A DNA stretch of 64,000 nt from a virus. The stretch covers positions 39,801 to 103,800 of IMG/VR virus record IMGVR_UViG_3300012936_000003; one strand, 5' to 3'. The notes under the pieces were generated by a model that saw only the letters and a list, made by a program, of their open reading frames with translations, was not told the DNA's origin and made no database searches. The position numbers were made by a program, and so were the translations under genes. Shown here piece after piece: positions 28,870 to 40,264 of the stretch. The first letter of the stretch is position 1. The number at the start of each line of letters is the position of its first letter.

Positions 28870-31800
28870 CTATAATTGTGGTAAATTACCTCCGAGGCTT
28901 TGCCCCCAAGTTTCCCACTCCGAGCCACCAACCGTATTGTTGTACCAAGAATATTGCTCAAATGGACCTTCAATATTTGTATCAGATGGAATGTTGTTTC
29001 CGTCAATGGTTACTCCCGGCGTTGCATCATCCAGATCTCTACAATCGGTGCCACATGTGTTCTGTTCAACACCAGCCGTTAGCCATGCCTTGACGTTTGT
29101 TAAATTCCAGTTGTTGATTCCAAGCATATTGCTCCACTTTTGGGTCTGGCTGACAATAGCGACGACGGAGGCACCGTCCGCTCCACCGCTCACAAACGAG
29201 TTTGTAATAAAAGATCTTGCTGGACCGCACAATTGCACGTTCAGTTGACCCAAATTATAAATATAGACTGCAAAATGTTCAACCACTCTCTGAATTACTT
29301 CGCATTCTCCCTCAAAACTATTTCTTTGAGTATAGTCTTTGATGTAGTGGTGTAGGTTTGCAATTGCTTCATAAATCTTTTCAGCAACGTCTGAACCCGC
29401 TGGTACAGCCGGTAGTACAATACCCTTATATCCCGTATCATATTCCGCAAGGCTCAAATTATTTGGGTCACTATCTGAAGATAAAAATCCTCTGGACAGC
29501 TTAATCAACCAGTACAATTCGCTTGCTTGACTGGTCAACTTCCGATCCCCATTCGGACCCCAATATCTACCAGTGTAAGCACCTAATTTTAGTTGCTGCC
29601 ATTGCGACAAGCAATTATAAATACCGTAGCCGCCGTGAGGCATAATCTTAATATCTGGTGGTGCCTTGCTCATCAGTTGACTGTGGATTCTATCCGTTCT
29701 AACGTTTGCATTCGGTTCTTCAATACTGTCGTAACCGATGACCGAGAGACTGGTTGAATTTAGTCCGTCCCACATGTGTGATTCACTAAAGCAACACTTT
29801 GGAAGCTCACAAGAGCCATCATCAGTGTTGGCGAGACTGTCATAGTTGCACGCTGTCGGATCCGTGCATCCTAGAAGCACGGGAGTGCAAATACCGTCAT
29901 TGATGAGGGCATTTTCATCATAATTAAACGCAATAGGGTCCATACAACCGACTGGGACGATTCTCTGATGTTCTTCAAACTCAACGATAATAGCCATCAT
30001 GGCTTCGGGGCACGTGCCATTCTTAGCAAACACAACCAGTGCTCTATTTGGAGCAGATTGCGTCTCAATCGTGGCTCTCCCTTCAGCCGCATTGACCCTA
30101 GTTCTCAGCCTCATAGTCACCGCCGAGGTTCCGGTGTGGTAACCCAATTCAAAGGCGGGTGATGAGTTACTGCGTTGGGCTTCTTCTTTATATGTACCAC
30201 TTGCGTCATCCCAATCAAATACCTGTGTTTGATATGTTGTTAATTCGTCAACGCTGTTATAACAATCATCAAATGGAATCGTCATTCTTAGTCCACCGGT
30301 GGTGCTGCCTAAATTCAATGAATCGGAAGCATCCCAATGTCTGGTAATCCATTCATCTGGAAAATTAAAATATCCATCCTCAAATTTCAGTCGCACTACC
30401 GGCAGAGCGCCGATACCCTCAAACTGCGGAGCACCGCTGCCGGTAGTCCAAGAAACTGATAGTTTGCTGGCATCAGCAACGGCGAATGGGGCACTGGGTG
30501 TGTTGCCCGCTTCAAAGTTAAATGAAGTTTCCAGCGCACTTGCCATTGCTGCCCGGACTGCCGTAGTGTTTGATGGTTGTATACAGGTAGATTGTTCTTG
30601 AACTTCAACCAAGATCTTAACCTCGTCGGACTCAATCACATCATCACATTCATCACAAGAAGTGTTAATTGCTTTAACTGTGTATAGAATCTCAGAGTCT
30701 CCCTGAGCAGATGCGATACGCTGTCCACCAACGTTTTCGGGACTTGAAATTGAGTGTCTATAAGAATCACTTCCAAAGAGCCAATCATTTATACCAATGA
30801 ATAACTCAAGTTCACCACCTTGTGAGATGGTGTTACCTGTGCTGCCGCCTGAACCGTCAACAGGGTTGGCTCCGACGCTCCAAGAATACTCAAGAACATC
30901 GCTTTGTCTTACTGGTGAGAACAGTTCGTCAAGTCTGAGACCGATGTGGTTCCCGACTGCATGAGATACTTGTCCAGTAATAGGGAACGCTCCATTACCG
31001 ATGGTTAATTTAATATCGTATTCTTGACCACCGGAAGATGTTCCACCGTTTAAGTCCCAAGACAGGCTTTGTTGATCTATATAACCAATGGATTCATTGT
31101 TCACTAAATCGTTTTCTGTTGTGTCTGTAACGTTAACACCGAAACAACACAAGTCTGGGTTGTGCACCTGCCCAGTCGCAGCGAAGCCTTCAGAACAAGG
31201 TGTGGTGTCTTCAGGCGACTGCTTTCTACACGTTGCCACATACTGATGAGTGTCAACGAACACTCTGATCAAAATTCTTCTTACAGCTTCAGGACACTCT
31301 GGGTCGTGGGCTTCCACTAGATAATACACAGCACCTAAAGAAGCGGCTTGACTCTTAATTGTATTCCTATAATCTCCACCTACTCCATCATGTATAACAT
31401 CCCAGTCAGAAGATAGTTGACAATCACTAGCATCAATTCTGGCAGCTTCAAACTTCGCAAAGTTTACACCGTTTGACGTTGACGTGAAAAATTCGGGTGT
31501 CTGGTTCATAGGGTGTCTAGATGAAATACCCTGTTCTCCATGAGGTTCGCCAAATCGGATTCTCAACATAGAGCCATCAATGATGGTGCCTGCACAACCT
31601 TCTTTAACGTTTGGACCAACTAGAGTTCTGTAGGACAAATCGTCAACACCATTACCTACGCTATAGTTGAATAGCTTCTTGAGGTCTAGTTTTAAAAATC
31701 CACTGCCCGTCAACATAGTTCCCGCACCCGCTGTCGCTGCGGTGTCATCTAGCTGAAATGGCGTACCGAGTCGGATGGTTACCATCTCAATCGCTCCCGG

Positions 31801-34800
31801 AGCATTGGCGTTTCCATATTTAATTTCTCCGTCCCACAAAACAGCAATATCGTCCAAGAAATCACTTCTCAACCCAGTAAAATCATGTTCTGCCGGATCT
31901 GTGCCGATCATCTCGTCTTTCACAACAGTGTTAATTGCGCTACTTGCAAGCTCCACTTCTGCACAAACACACACAGGTTGATACTGAGGGTCGGTTGCAT
32001 TTAGACCGGTGAATGCATTACCAATGTTTGCATTCAAGTAATAGTTGGACGCATTCTGGTTAGTACCACAACCCGTCTTCATATCAAGCTCCAAAGTGAA
32101 GCTCTTAACGCAGTTCTCGCCACCAGCGAGAGCGCCTTCATAGTTACCCCAATCAGCTTGATTGTAAACTTCTAGTGGTACAGAGATTGTTTCATCTACA
32201 CCGTCTAGTTCTGTCAGAGCAGTAATCACTAGAGTAGGAACAGTGTTTCCGTTTTGATCTAGTTTTAGTTGTGCGTTAAAGTTTGAACTGGTGTGTCCGC
32301 TAAACATAAACTTAGGAACCCAATTGCCGCCGAACTGAGGACCAATGACAAACTGAGTAAGGTTGATTTCCATCACATTGCCGAGCGCAGCAGCGCCATC
32401 AACGCCGTCTTGCGGAGCATACGTGTACACAGGGTTGCTCGCAGTAATATCATCCCACGAATAGCTATCATCTAGGTCAATAGGTGGGCAAGGGCAGTTT
32501 CCGAGCGGATTCCCATCGTAGTCACGTCTGATATAGCTACCGTCCCAACACTGCTGGTAATCTGCATAAGCAAAAATAGGCGTCTCGGAATCAGCCGTCG
32601 GATCCAGTTTTGAAGCCTCGCAATCATCGGAGGTTGTAATAAGAACTCTGTATGACAACTCCTTGGCGAAGTTTGCATAACTACCAACATTAGGTGCGAT
32701 ATTAATGGAACCGTAGAATTCTCCATCAAAAGATGCGGAAGGGCTGGAACTATAGTTTTCACTTACATCATATTCACACTCAAACCTAATAACGGTTAAC
32801 AAATGTGGGTGTGCTGTGACTGTTTCGGAAATGACCTCAAAAGGAACATTTTCAGTGATAATCTCGCCATCAACATCAACACCAATCGCCCGTGTTAATT
32901 CGTGCACAATAGTTGTGTTTGGATTTGTAAGTTCTCCACACTCATCGTTTAGACCTGTTTCTAGTCGTGCTTCATAAACAACCGTGCCAGTACCGCCTGC
33001 TTCAATCGTGTTAGGAGCAGAAATAATTTCTACTGAGTCACAATAAGTTCCAGTAAGCTGGCATGGGTCTCCCACCACATTGAACACAACAGTTGCGTTA
33101 GTGGTTGCAGAATCTCCGTTCGCCCACGTTGAAAACACTTTAAACTGTTGTGTGCGCTGACCTGTACAATCAACCATTGGTCTGTAACTAATCTGTCTCG
33201 GGTAGGCAGAAGACTGACCGTTTATGGTGCCGATAGCAATATTAAAGTAGTCTCCGCTTGCCACAGTACCTGCAACAACATTGGTAATTCTTCTCAGACC
33301 CTTGTGATTATCGTTTGTAACTTGTGTTTGATTCTGCTCTACCATCACGCCGCTTGACGCAAGAATGGCACGCAGTGTAATTTCGTAAACATAACTGTTT
33401 GCTTCTTCACTCACCAAGTTGCTGTTCGCAGAGGAGAGATCTGAAGATGTAAAATCTGGGGCTTTGCCATTTAGTGAAGTCAAGATACCTGTACTAAATT
33501 CGCCCATGAGTGCGCCATTGTCTGGGTGTCTAACGGCGACGTGCCACTGCCAACGATATTCATCAGGATCAACAGCCAACCAATGAGGATCTTCTAAGTT
33601 TGGTGTATGCTGTGCCAAGATTTTAAAAGTCCCGTGAGGATCAGAATCGGCAGTGTTGACAAAAAGGATAGAAGGATTATCTGTATCCGAGTCTACCTCA
33701 TTGGTAAACCAGAACTCGTTATCCGTTCCCGGATAAGCATCAATAATTACACCTTGGTGGTTGTCTCCGAGTGCGTCAGATTCAATCTGTGCAGTACCAG
33801 TAGTAATTTCTCCATAGATGGTATCCGTGAAACTGTTGTCAAAGGTTAAGTCAAGAACAGGACATACTGGAACGTCGTAGGATTGTTGCCATACTATGCC
33901 GCCGCTGGTCTCGTCTTCAGACTTCCACCTTAGCATGAGGTCATAAGACTCGCCAGAAATTAAATTAATATTTCTTGTGTTTGCTGAAGTGCCGACGCCG
34001 CCCGCAAACTCAACCGGATTCGCACCGGTTCGGTTAACCTGCCAAACCCATCTTACGGTGCATTCGTTAAATGGGTTGACGTGTGACAGTTCAACTGGGA
34101 ACTGGCTAAAGTTCTGAATATCGCACTCGCCGGGAATCATGTTTGCAATACCGTCTCTTGGGCTGCATGGACAAGTTACAGACTGTTGGCGATAACATTC
34201 ACAAACCGAAAGTGCGGTGAAGCCATCTTGAGATGAGAACCATGGAGTCACGCCATCCCAACCTTCAATTCTAGCCCGTACAACCTCATCACATGAAGCA
34301 GCGTAAGACATTAGGACAACTTCAGCGTTGGTTACGTTATATTGATCTGGGTTTCTCTCAACACAGAGCACCGATGCTGCTGGTTGCAGACCCACTCCTC
34401 CATAATACGGAACAAATCTGTCGTTAATGTCGCTGCGAACGAGCCAGACCCAAGATAAATCACATACCGCCTGCGAAGCATCGTCTGGTTTCACAAAGAT
34501 GCAACAGCAGTCTTCAACTCCGACATAAATATCGTTGCTGTCAATGACAGAAATAATTCCAAATACAAGATCTTGAATCATCTTTTCTGCGCCTTCAAAG
34601 TCGCTCGCTTGGACAGATGCAATAGCACTGTCTCTGATGGCTTCTAGATCGCCTACGCTTAATCCATAGTTGGACTTAATTTCTTGAACAACGAGGTTCG
34701 CTCTGTTAATAATTGAGTTAAATTCGTTAAAGTCTGTAGAAGTATTTCTTTCGCCGTCAAGATATGATACAAATTCTTCATAGAATCTTTCAAGATCGGT

Positions 34801-37566
34801 GTATACCTCCGCAATAGCCGAACTTGGAGCGGCTGCTCTCCGACCTGTTGGGTTATCAGGTGTCTTCTCATCACACCAGTTGTATGCTTCTGCCATAGCA
34901 GCCTCAACACCATCCCAGACCTCAACAGAGAATCCACAAGATAGTTCTAATTCTTTTTCTTGAGACTGGCACCACGACAACACTCGGTTAGATTCAGATG
35001 CTCGTGCTTCTAGTGTGAAAATCCAAGTGTTCGGGTTAAAGTTATTTACGCTGCTGTCTTCGCAACCCACAGGCAATAGAGGGACGCTTGCTACTACAAT
35101 ATTACTCGTCTCGTCAAAACTGTCTCCGGGAGCATAACCGAAACTTTCTACTACAACATCATCTGCCATTCCATAAACGTTTCTTGCGGTAAATGTCCAG
35201 ACATATTCGCACTGTGACTGATTAAGTTCATACAGTGCTCCAACCTTAACTCTTGCATCACAGTCTTTATCATCACACAAGAACTGGTCGCTGATTGTAA
35301 AGTCACAAATCGGAGCATCGTTTTCGCAATCAATTGTACATTTTCTCCAGATAGTTTCTGCGGCTTTGCCCGGTTCTGGGTTGCAGTCGCCCGCACAAAT
35401 ATCAATCATTGCTTCGTAACACGCTTCGCCGGACTTACTTATTACAATGTCGCCCTCGGTGTATGAACAGTCTGCTGACCATCTTCCGCACGCAAATTCA
35501 CAGCAATCATCAAATGTAAGCATGATGCCACATGACGAATCAATTAGGTCACAACACTCAACACACTCCCCAACTGATGAATCAACCGGAAGGGAAATCT
35601 TAGGAGAGTTTGAGTTGGTTCCAAAAGTCCAGTTAGATAAGCTAAATCTAGATCTCGGTGGACTGTTTTTATGAATAAGTGGCAGAATATTTAGAATTCT
35701 GTTTAAACCTCTATCTACAAACCAGTCATTAAAGCCGTCCTCAACATCCAGTGGTGTAGAATTAAAATATCTTACAATAAGATCTACAAATGCATTTCCA
35801 AAAAGAATTTGACCTTCGTGAGTGTACCTTAGTGGATCCCCTTCATATCGTTTGTCATATGGGAGTTTTAAATATAAATTATCTTGGTGTAGTCCATACC
35901 ATTCTTTGAACCACTCGGGAATTGTCACCGGACAATCGCCAATATCAAAGCAGTCTGGAAGTTCTGGTGGACCGCAACATTCAATCTTGCAATCTTCGTC
36001 GTGGTGGGAACCTTCTTCGTGATCGTCACAGTGTTTAGCTCTGTTTACAAAATAATCTCCAATGTGATAGGGAATTAATTCGTGGCGAGCAAGTTCGTCT
36101 CGTAAGCTGTTGGGTTTTTCGCACATGATGTGGAAGCCATCTTGCATAACGTGAAAAATTCTATTGTTTCCGATAAATCTCGGATTAATCATTAATTGTG
36201 GAAGTGTGGGATCTGTAAAGTTATCAAACCATCTACCAACGATGCCGCTTACGGCAACTCTGGCGACTTTCTCTCCGTCTGCCCAAACATCGCCCCTCTT
36301 GTCAATCAATAAGGTGTCAGGTTTATTATACAGAGAAACAAATCTTACATTGTTCGCAACTCTTGATTCGTCAACAAGAATATCTCCATCTTCAGAGTAT
36401 TCCCACCCGAGAAGACAGTCTGGACCTTCTTCTGAGTTTTCTGTTCCTGCACGAATAATTCTCCAAGTACCACACTCATCACAGTCGGACATAATTTGGC
36501 TTAAAAATCTTTCTGCTTCAGCTTTGTCTTGTGCGTTCCGATATAGAGAGTTTGAAATATTAGTAATTACGGCTCTTATAGTTGCAGCGTCGTTTGATGT
36601 AGCTGCTACCTTTTCAAGTGCTTCTACCACATCTTTTTCCAAGTCAACGAGTTCGCCTTTAGTTGCTTCAATGATTTCCGTGCCTTCATTAATTTCTTTC
36701 TGCTTTTGGATTTTTAACAGATCAAAAGCAGCATTTTGTTCATCTCGGAAGGTTGTGGCAGCAGCGAGATTGCCCTCTGCTTCAGAAATTTTTTGAGACA
36801 GTTCGTTAATGTCACCCTGCTTGCTTCGCATCACGTCACCAGTTGCTTGGCATGGACTACCTGCATCACCAATGGGGTAGCCATCGTTGTCCGTGTCACA
36901 TTTTCTTAGTTCTTCTGTCCACAGAGCATTGATTTCGTCATCTATGTTTCCTGCCGCTTCTTTCATTGAGCCAATTTCTGCGTTTAGATTGGTTTTAAAA
37001 TTCGTGAATGCTTGTGCTCGCTCGTCTTCCAGTTTGATAGCTTCTTCAAGTTCTTTTTCTGCTGCTGCCACTATGTCTTCGTGGTCATCAATCAAAATGT
37101 TTGCTTCTTCTCGTCTCTTTTCAGCTTCGTTAGACTCCAAGATAAACTTTCGCAATTCTTCTTCAGTTTCAGATAACAATCTTTCATTGTCTGTCAATTC
37201 TGAATTAAGCTGCTCTCTCTCCTCATTAATATCTCTGATTTGTTCTTCAATAACATCTTTTTGAATCTCGTCAATTTCTGAGTTGTCACACTCTGGGCAT
37301 TCTACGACACATAAAGGAATCACACCCGGCTCTCCATGGATTGCCCAAGAAGCGCCGACCACAGCCTCACCATCTTCTACAGATGCGAGGAGTTCTTCCA
37401 TTCTTTCAATAATTTTTTGTTGCTTCTCTAGTTCGGCTGCGGCAGATGATTTATCTTTACCGTCAGCAATTCTTTCTTCATTATATCGTTGATCAAGGGT
37501 TGCGAGTTGACGCATGGCGTCATCCTTCATTTTCTTCAACACTTCAACATTAATCGGTGCAGCCAT
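28870..37566 (-). CDS. Giant Cys-rich protein (coiled coil, beta domains, GCxDPxAxNY repeats), probably structural
   Basis: 2898 aa; long heptad region; GCMDPIAFNY, GCTDPTACNY. Confidence 0.6.
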   Translation of the reverse strand: MAAPINVEVLKKMKDDAMRQLATLDQRYNEERIADGKDKSSAAAELEKQQKIIERMEELLASVEDGEAVVGASWAIHGEPGVIPLCVVECPECDNSEIDEIQKDVIEEQIRDINEEREQLNSELTDNERLLSETEEELRKFILESNEAEKRREEANILIDDHEDIVAAAEKELEEAIKLEDERAQAFTNFKTNLNAEIGSMKEAAGNIDDEINALWTEELRKCDTDNDGYPIGDAGSPCQATGDVMRSKQGDINELSQKISEAEGNLAAATTFRDEQNAAFDLLKIQKQKEINEGTEIIEATKGELVDLEKDVVEALEKVAATSNDAATIRAVITNISNSLYRNAQDKAEAERFLSQIMSDCDECGTWRIIRAGTENSEEGPDCLLGWEYSEDGDILVDESRVANNVRFVSLYNKPDTLLIDKRGDVWADGEKVARVAVSGIVGRWFDNFTDPTLPQLMINPRFIGNNRIFHVMQDGFHIMCEKPNSLRDELARHELIPYHIGDYFVNRAKHCDDHEEGSHHDEDCKIECCGPPELPDCFDIGDCPVTIPEWFKEWYGLHQDNLYLKLPYDKRYEGDPLRYTHEGQILFGNAFVDLIVRYFNSTPLDVEDGFNDWFVDRGLNRILNILPLIHKNSPPRSRFSLSNWTFGTNSNSPKISLPVDSSVGECVECCDLIDSSCGIMLTFDDCCEFACGRWSADCSYTEGDIVISKSGEACYEAMIDICAGDCNPEPGKAAETIWRKCTIDCENDAPICDFTISDQFLCDDKDCDARVKVGALYELNQSQCEYVWTFTARNVYGMADDVVVESFGYAPGDSFDETSNIVVASVPLLPVGCEDSSVNNFNPNTWIFTLEARASESNRVLSWCQSQEKELELSCGFSVEVWDGVEAAMAEAYNWCDEKTPDNPTGRRAAAPSSAIAEVYTDLERFYEEFVSYLDGERNTSTDFNEFNSIINRANLVVQEIKSNYGLSVGDLEAIRDSAIASVQASDFEGAEKMIQDLVFGIISVIDSNDIYVGVEDCCCIFVKPDDASQAVCDLSWVWLVRSDINDRFVPYYGGVGLQPAASVLCVERNPDQYNVTNAEVVLMSYAASCDEVVRARIEGWDGVTPWFSSQDGFTALSVCECYRQQSVTCPCSPRDGIANMIPGECDIQNFSQFPVELSHVNPFNECTVRWVWQVNRTGANPVEFAGGVGTSANTRNINLISGESYDLMLRWKSEDETSGGIVWQQSYDVPVCPVLDLTFDNSFTDTIYGEITTGTAQIESDALGDNHQGVIIDAYPGTDNEFWFTNEVDSDTDNPSILFVNTADSDPHGTFKILAQHTPNLEDPHWLAVDPDEYRWQWHVAVRHPDNGALMGEFSTGILTSLNGKAPDFTSSDLSSANSNLVSEEANSYVYEITLRAILASSGVMVEQNQTQVTNDNHKGLRRITNVVAGTVASGDYFNIAIGTINGQSSAYPRQISYRPMVDCTGQRTQQFKVFSTWANGDSATTNATVVFNVVGDPCQLTGTYCDSVEIISAPNTIEAGGTGTVVYEARLETGLNDECGELTNPNTTIVHELTRAIGVDVDGEIITENVPFEVISETVTAHPHLLTVIRFECEYDVSENYSSSPSASFDGEFYGSINIAPNVGSYANFAKELSYRVLITTSDDCEASKLDPTADSETPIFAYADYQQCWDGSYIRRDYDGNPLGNCPCPPIDLDDSYSWDDITASNPVYTYAPQDGVDGAAALGNVMEINLTQFVIGPQFGGNWVPKFMFSGHTSSNFNAQLKLDQNGNTVPTLVITALTELDGVDETISVPLEVYNQADWGNYEGALAGGENCVKSFTLELDMKTGCGTNQNASNYYLNANIGNAFTGLNATDPQYQPVCVCAEVELASSAINTVVKDEMIGTDPAEHDFTGLRSDFLDDIAVLWDGEIKYGNANAPGAIEMVTIRLGTPFQLDDTAATAGAGTMLTGSGFLKLDLKKLFNYSVGNGVDDLSYRTLVGPNVKEGCAGTIIDGSMLRIRFGEPHGEQGISSRHPMNQTPEFFTSTSNGVNFAKFEAARIDASDCQLSSDWDVIHDGVGGDYRNTIKSQAASLGAVYYLVEAHDPECPEAVRRILIRVFVDTHQYVATCRKQSPEDTTPCSEGFAATGQVHNPDLCCFGVNVTDTTENDLVNNESIGYIDQQSLSWDLNGGTSSGGQEYDIKLTIGNGAFPITGQVSHAVGNHIGLRLDELFSPVRQSDVLEYSWSVGANPVDGSGGSTGNTISQGGELELFIGINDWLFGSDSYRHSISSPENVGGQRIASAQGDSEILYTVKAINTSCDECDDVIESDEVKILVEVQEQSTCIQPSNTTAVRAAMASALETSFNFEAGNTPSAPFAVADASKLSVSWTTGSGAPQFEGIGALPVVRLKFEDGYFNFPDEWITRHWDASDSLNLGSTTGGLRMTIPFDDCYNSVDELTTYQTQVFDWDDASGTYKEEAQRSNSSPAFELGYHTGTSAVTMRLRTRVNAAEGRATIETQSAPNRALVVFAKNGTCPEAMMAIIVEFEEHQRIVPVGCMDPIAFNYDENALINDGICTPVLLGCTDPTACNYDSLANTDDGSCELPKCCFSESHMWDGLNSTSLSVIGYDSIEEPNANVRTDRIHSQLMSKAPPDIKIMPHGGYGIYNCLSQWQQLKLGAYTGRYWGPNGDRKLTSQASELYWLIKLSRGFLSSDSDPNNLSLAEYDTGYKGIVLPAVPAGSDVAEKIYEAIANLHHYIKDYTQRNSFEGECEVIQRVVEHFAVYIYNLGQLNVQLCGPARSFITNSFVSGGADGASVVAIVSQTQKWSNMLGINNWNLTNVKAWLTAGVEQNTCGTDCRDLDDATPGVTIDGNNIPSDTNIEGPFEQYSWYNNTVGGSEWETWGQSLGGNLPQL

Positions 37567-40178
37567 TACGCAAATCCCCCTCTATCCTCATGATTTTTAA
37601 TTGCAGTATTTATTGCGCTTATCGTTTCTAATACTCGTTGGCGCTCCACCAACCAATCACTCCTTTTGTCATCCATTTGCCTTTGTTTACTTTCAACAAG
37701 TTCTTCTGCTCTTTCGGCGGCATCTTGCGCTGCTCGTAGCCTTGCACGTATTTGAGTTTCGGAGAGTGTTTCTTCAATTCTTCTAGCAAAAAGAATACCA
37801 GCTTCTTCTGGGTCGTTTGTTCCCGCTGGGAAATCTCCGTCGCCGTCGTATCTCGTCACGATGGTCTGTTCTTCAGTTTCATCGCAAACATCAGACCAAC
37901 TTCCATACAGGATTTGATTTAAAAGCTCATTAAGCGTGTTCAGCCTCTCTGTTGCTTCTCTTAAACGCTCAGTTTCAGCAGCAATTAATTCTTCTTGTGC
38001 TTTTTCTGCTTCGGCGATTTGTCTAATCTTTTCATTTACGTCGCTGAGACCAGCCTTTAGCTCACCCTCTCTGCTACTGAGTCTGTCAAGCTCTTGTGTG
38101 GCGCTAGTGTAGGCTTGGTCCGCTGCGAGAATTTCTCCTCGCTTATCCTCAACCCTGCCATAATATTCTTTTCTTTCTGAAATGGGTCTGGTTGGATCTT
38201 GGGCAATTGCTAGAAGATCCTTTTCTTCATCTTTTAGTTTTTCAAGATTTTCTTTTAGTTCTGCTGGGTTGCCGCCGGACAACACCTGAGTTCTCTGTTC
38301 TTCCAGATCTACTAATTCGTCTTCAATGGTCTGTTTATTTTGTTCTGCCGTCACTCTTGCATCATCAAGGTCGTCTAGTTTCTGGGCAGAAGTGTTAATA
38401 GTGTTTTCCGACAACAATATTTGTTCTTCAGCGTCAGAAATGTCTTGTCTTACAGCCTCCTCAGATGGCATCTCGCAATCAAAGATACCGCAGGATCCCT
38501 CAAGCTCTACCTTGATGCATTCAGGTTCAATACTGTTATAATAATCACAAAAAAGCTCCTCTACGACTGGACCACACGCTGAGTCGGGATGGAGAAAACC
38601 AGCAAAGTTAGAACCTTTAAGGTTCATCCACCCGATAGATTGGAGAACTGTGAAAGCCTCCATGAGTTCTGGTCCTAAGTTTCTTTTGTGCCAGTCTTTA
38701 AAATATGCAAATGCGGTCTTAGCGTATTCGTTACCTGCGACGGGAGCGCCTGACGAATCAATCTCCATACCTCTCGCAGACCATCTGACGACCTCTGGGA
38801 AACTTCTTCCACGGGCAGCTTCAGCAGATGCATAAATTGGAATTACACATCCGGGAGCATAATCTTCTTCGCTCCTGTTATAAATCGCACCGCTTCCCAA
38901 AACCCTTAGTCTTAGATCCTCGCTCCACACAACAGAGTTTTGGAAATCCAAGATTACAGACCTGTTGTCTGCTCCAACATATACGGCTACTGGTGTATTC
39001 GGCTCAATCAAATACTCAGTAGCGGTTAGAACGCTCGCTTCGGATGACAGTGGTTGGGTAAATTCTACTCTTACATTATTGTCTTGTGTAATATGTGCTT
39101 TGTGTACGGAGAAACTTCTGAACGGACTGCGATAAGTATTAAAGAACTTTTCTCGCAATACAGGATCTTCTGCATAATATTCTTCAAGTAAAGATGCTTG
39201 TTCGGCGAAACCAATCGGTGGAACCCACTTAATTTTTTGGTTATCTGTACTGGACTCTGGTTCTTCTTCGTATCCCCACTTGGCTCTCGCACCACCGATA
39301 AGAAAGCTGAAAGACATTGCAAGCACAACGTTAACAATAATCCACAATCCGCTTGGATAGTTGGGCATCTTTTCGCCAAAAGAAAGGGCAGAATCTTCAT
39401 TTTCTTCAATCTGATTAATTGCTGGCAACAAGGTTGAAACTAGCCAATCAAAAAATGAATAGACCGATTCTTCCGAGATAACAACCTCATCTCTAGCCAA
39501 CTCCTTGGCTTGTGGGGTCATAAAGTGAGAAGTCATTTCTTCATTAATATCTTCAAGATAGACTCTCCAGCTTGATGCGTCTGAACCTAAAACATCCTTT
39601 ACGATTACATCTAAAATCCCATCAACACTTGACTTGTCCGACGAAAAAGAACTGCTGTTCAGGTGAAGTACGGGATCTCCGAACACAACGTAGATAAGGA
39701 AAGACGTTACACCATAAACGAGTTCGTGAAAGTTTGGGTTGTCTGATTCTTGAAGACCAAGAAAATCAAAAATCCAGTTTACTAATTTAGCTGGGTATTC
39801 GTCCGATAGTGCACGAACCATTCTGTTGTCAACAGATTTCCACCACTTTTTGACACTTCTGTTTGACGGAACCTTGCTGATTCCCAAGTTTGATAGTGTC
39901 GTAAGGATTGCTACTTTTTTTAATTCTTCTTCTGTACTGTAGCCACCGGGAGGGTCGTATTCAGTCTTTACTTCGCAGACTTCTTGACAACATCCATAGT
40001 TACTATCTTCATATGCTTCTAAACCATATTCTAAAAGTTCAAGAACAGAAACCACAAAGTTTCTCTGCATATCTGTTAATGGCTGAAGCTCAACGCCGTC
40101 CTCAACATCTTGTTTTGCGAACGAGATTCTAGATAATAAATTGTTAATATAATTGCTGTCTACGCTACTGTCTGACAT
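37566..40178 (-). CDS. Large protein with C-terminal coiled coil
   Basis: 870 aa; stop/start overlap with giant gene. Confidence 0.6.
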   Translation of the reverse strand: MSDSSVDSNYINNLLSRISFAKQDVEDGVELQPLTDMQRNFVVSVLELLEYGLEAYEDSNYGCCQEVCEVKTEYDPPGGYSTEEELKKVAILTTLSNLGISKVPSNRSVKKWWKSVDNRMVRALSDEYPAKLVNWIFDFLGLQESDNPNFHELVYGVTSFLIYVVFGDPVLHLNSSSFSSDKSSVDGILDVIVKDVLGSDASSWRVYLEDINEEMTSHFMTPQAKELARDEVVISEESVYSFFDWLVSTLLPAINQIEENEDSALSFGEKMPNYPSGLWIIVNVVLAMSFSFLIGGARAKWGYEEEPESSTDNQKIKWVPPIGFAEQASLLEEYYAEDPVLREKFFNTYRSPFRSFSVHKAHITQDNNVRVEFTQPLSSEASVLTATEYLIEPNTPVAVYVGADNRSVILDFQNSVVWSEDLRLRVLGSGAIYNRSEEDYAPGCVIPIYASAEAARGRSFPEVVRWSARGMEIDSSGAPVAGNEYAKTAFAYFKDWHKRNLGPELMEAFTVLQSIGWMNLKGSNFAGFLHPDSACGPVVEELFCDYYNSIEPECIKVELEGSCGIFDCEMPSEEAVRQDISDAEEQILLSENTINTSAQKLDDLDDARVTAEQNKQTIEDELVDLEEQRTQVLSGGNPAELKENLEKLKDEEKDLLAIAQDPTRPISERKEYYGRVEDKRGEILAADQAYTSATQELDRLSSREGELKAGLSDVNEKIRQIAEAEKAQEELIAAETERLREATERLNTLNELLNQILYGSWSDVCDETEEQTIVTRYDGDGDFPAGTNDPEEAGILFARRIEETLSETQIRARLRAAQDAAERAEELVESKQRQMDDKRSDWLVERQRVLETISAINTAIKNHEDRGGFA

Positions 40179-40220
40179 ATTTTATTTCCTCTTGGCGCAA
40201 TGGCATTTATTCTCTAATGT

Positions 40221-40229
40221 ATAAATAGT
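40221..40229 (-). promoter_or_regulatory. Putative late promoter ACTATTTAT
   Basis: Recurrent motif. Confidence 0.55.
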
Positions 40230-40264
40230 GGGAATGAAGTAATAAACACCCACAAATCATTTTT

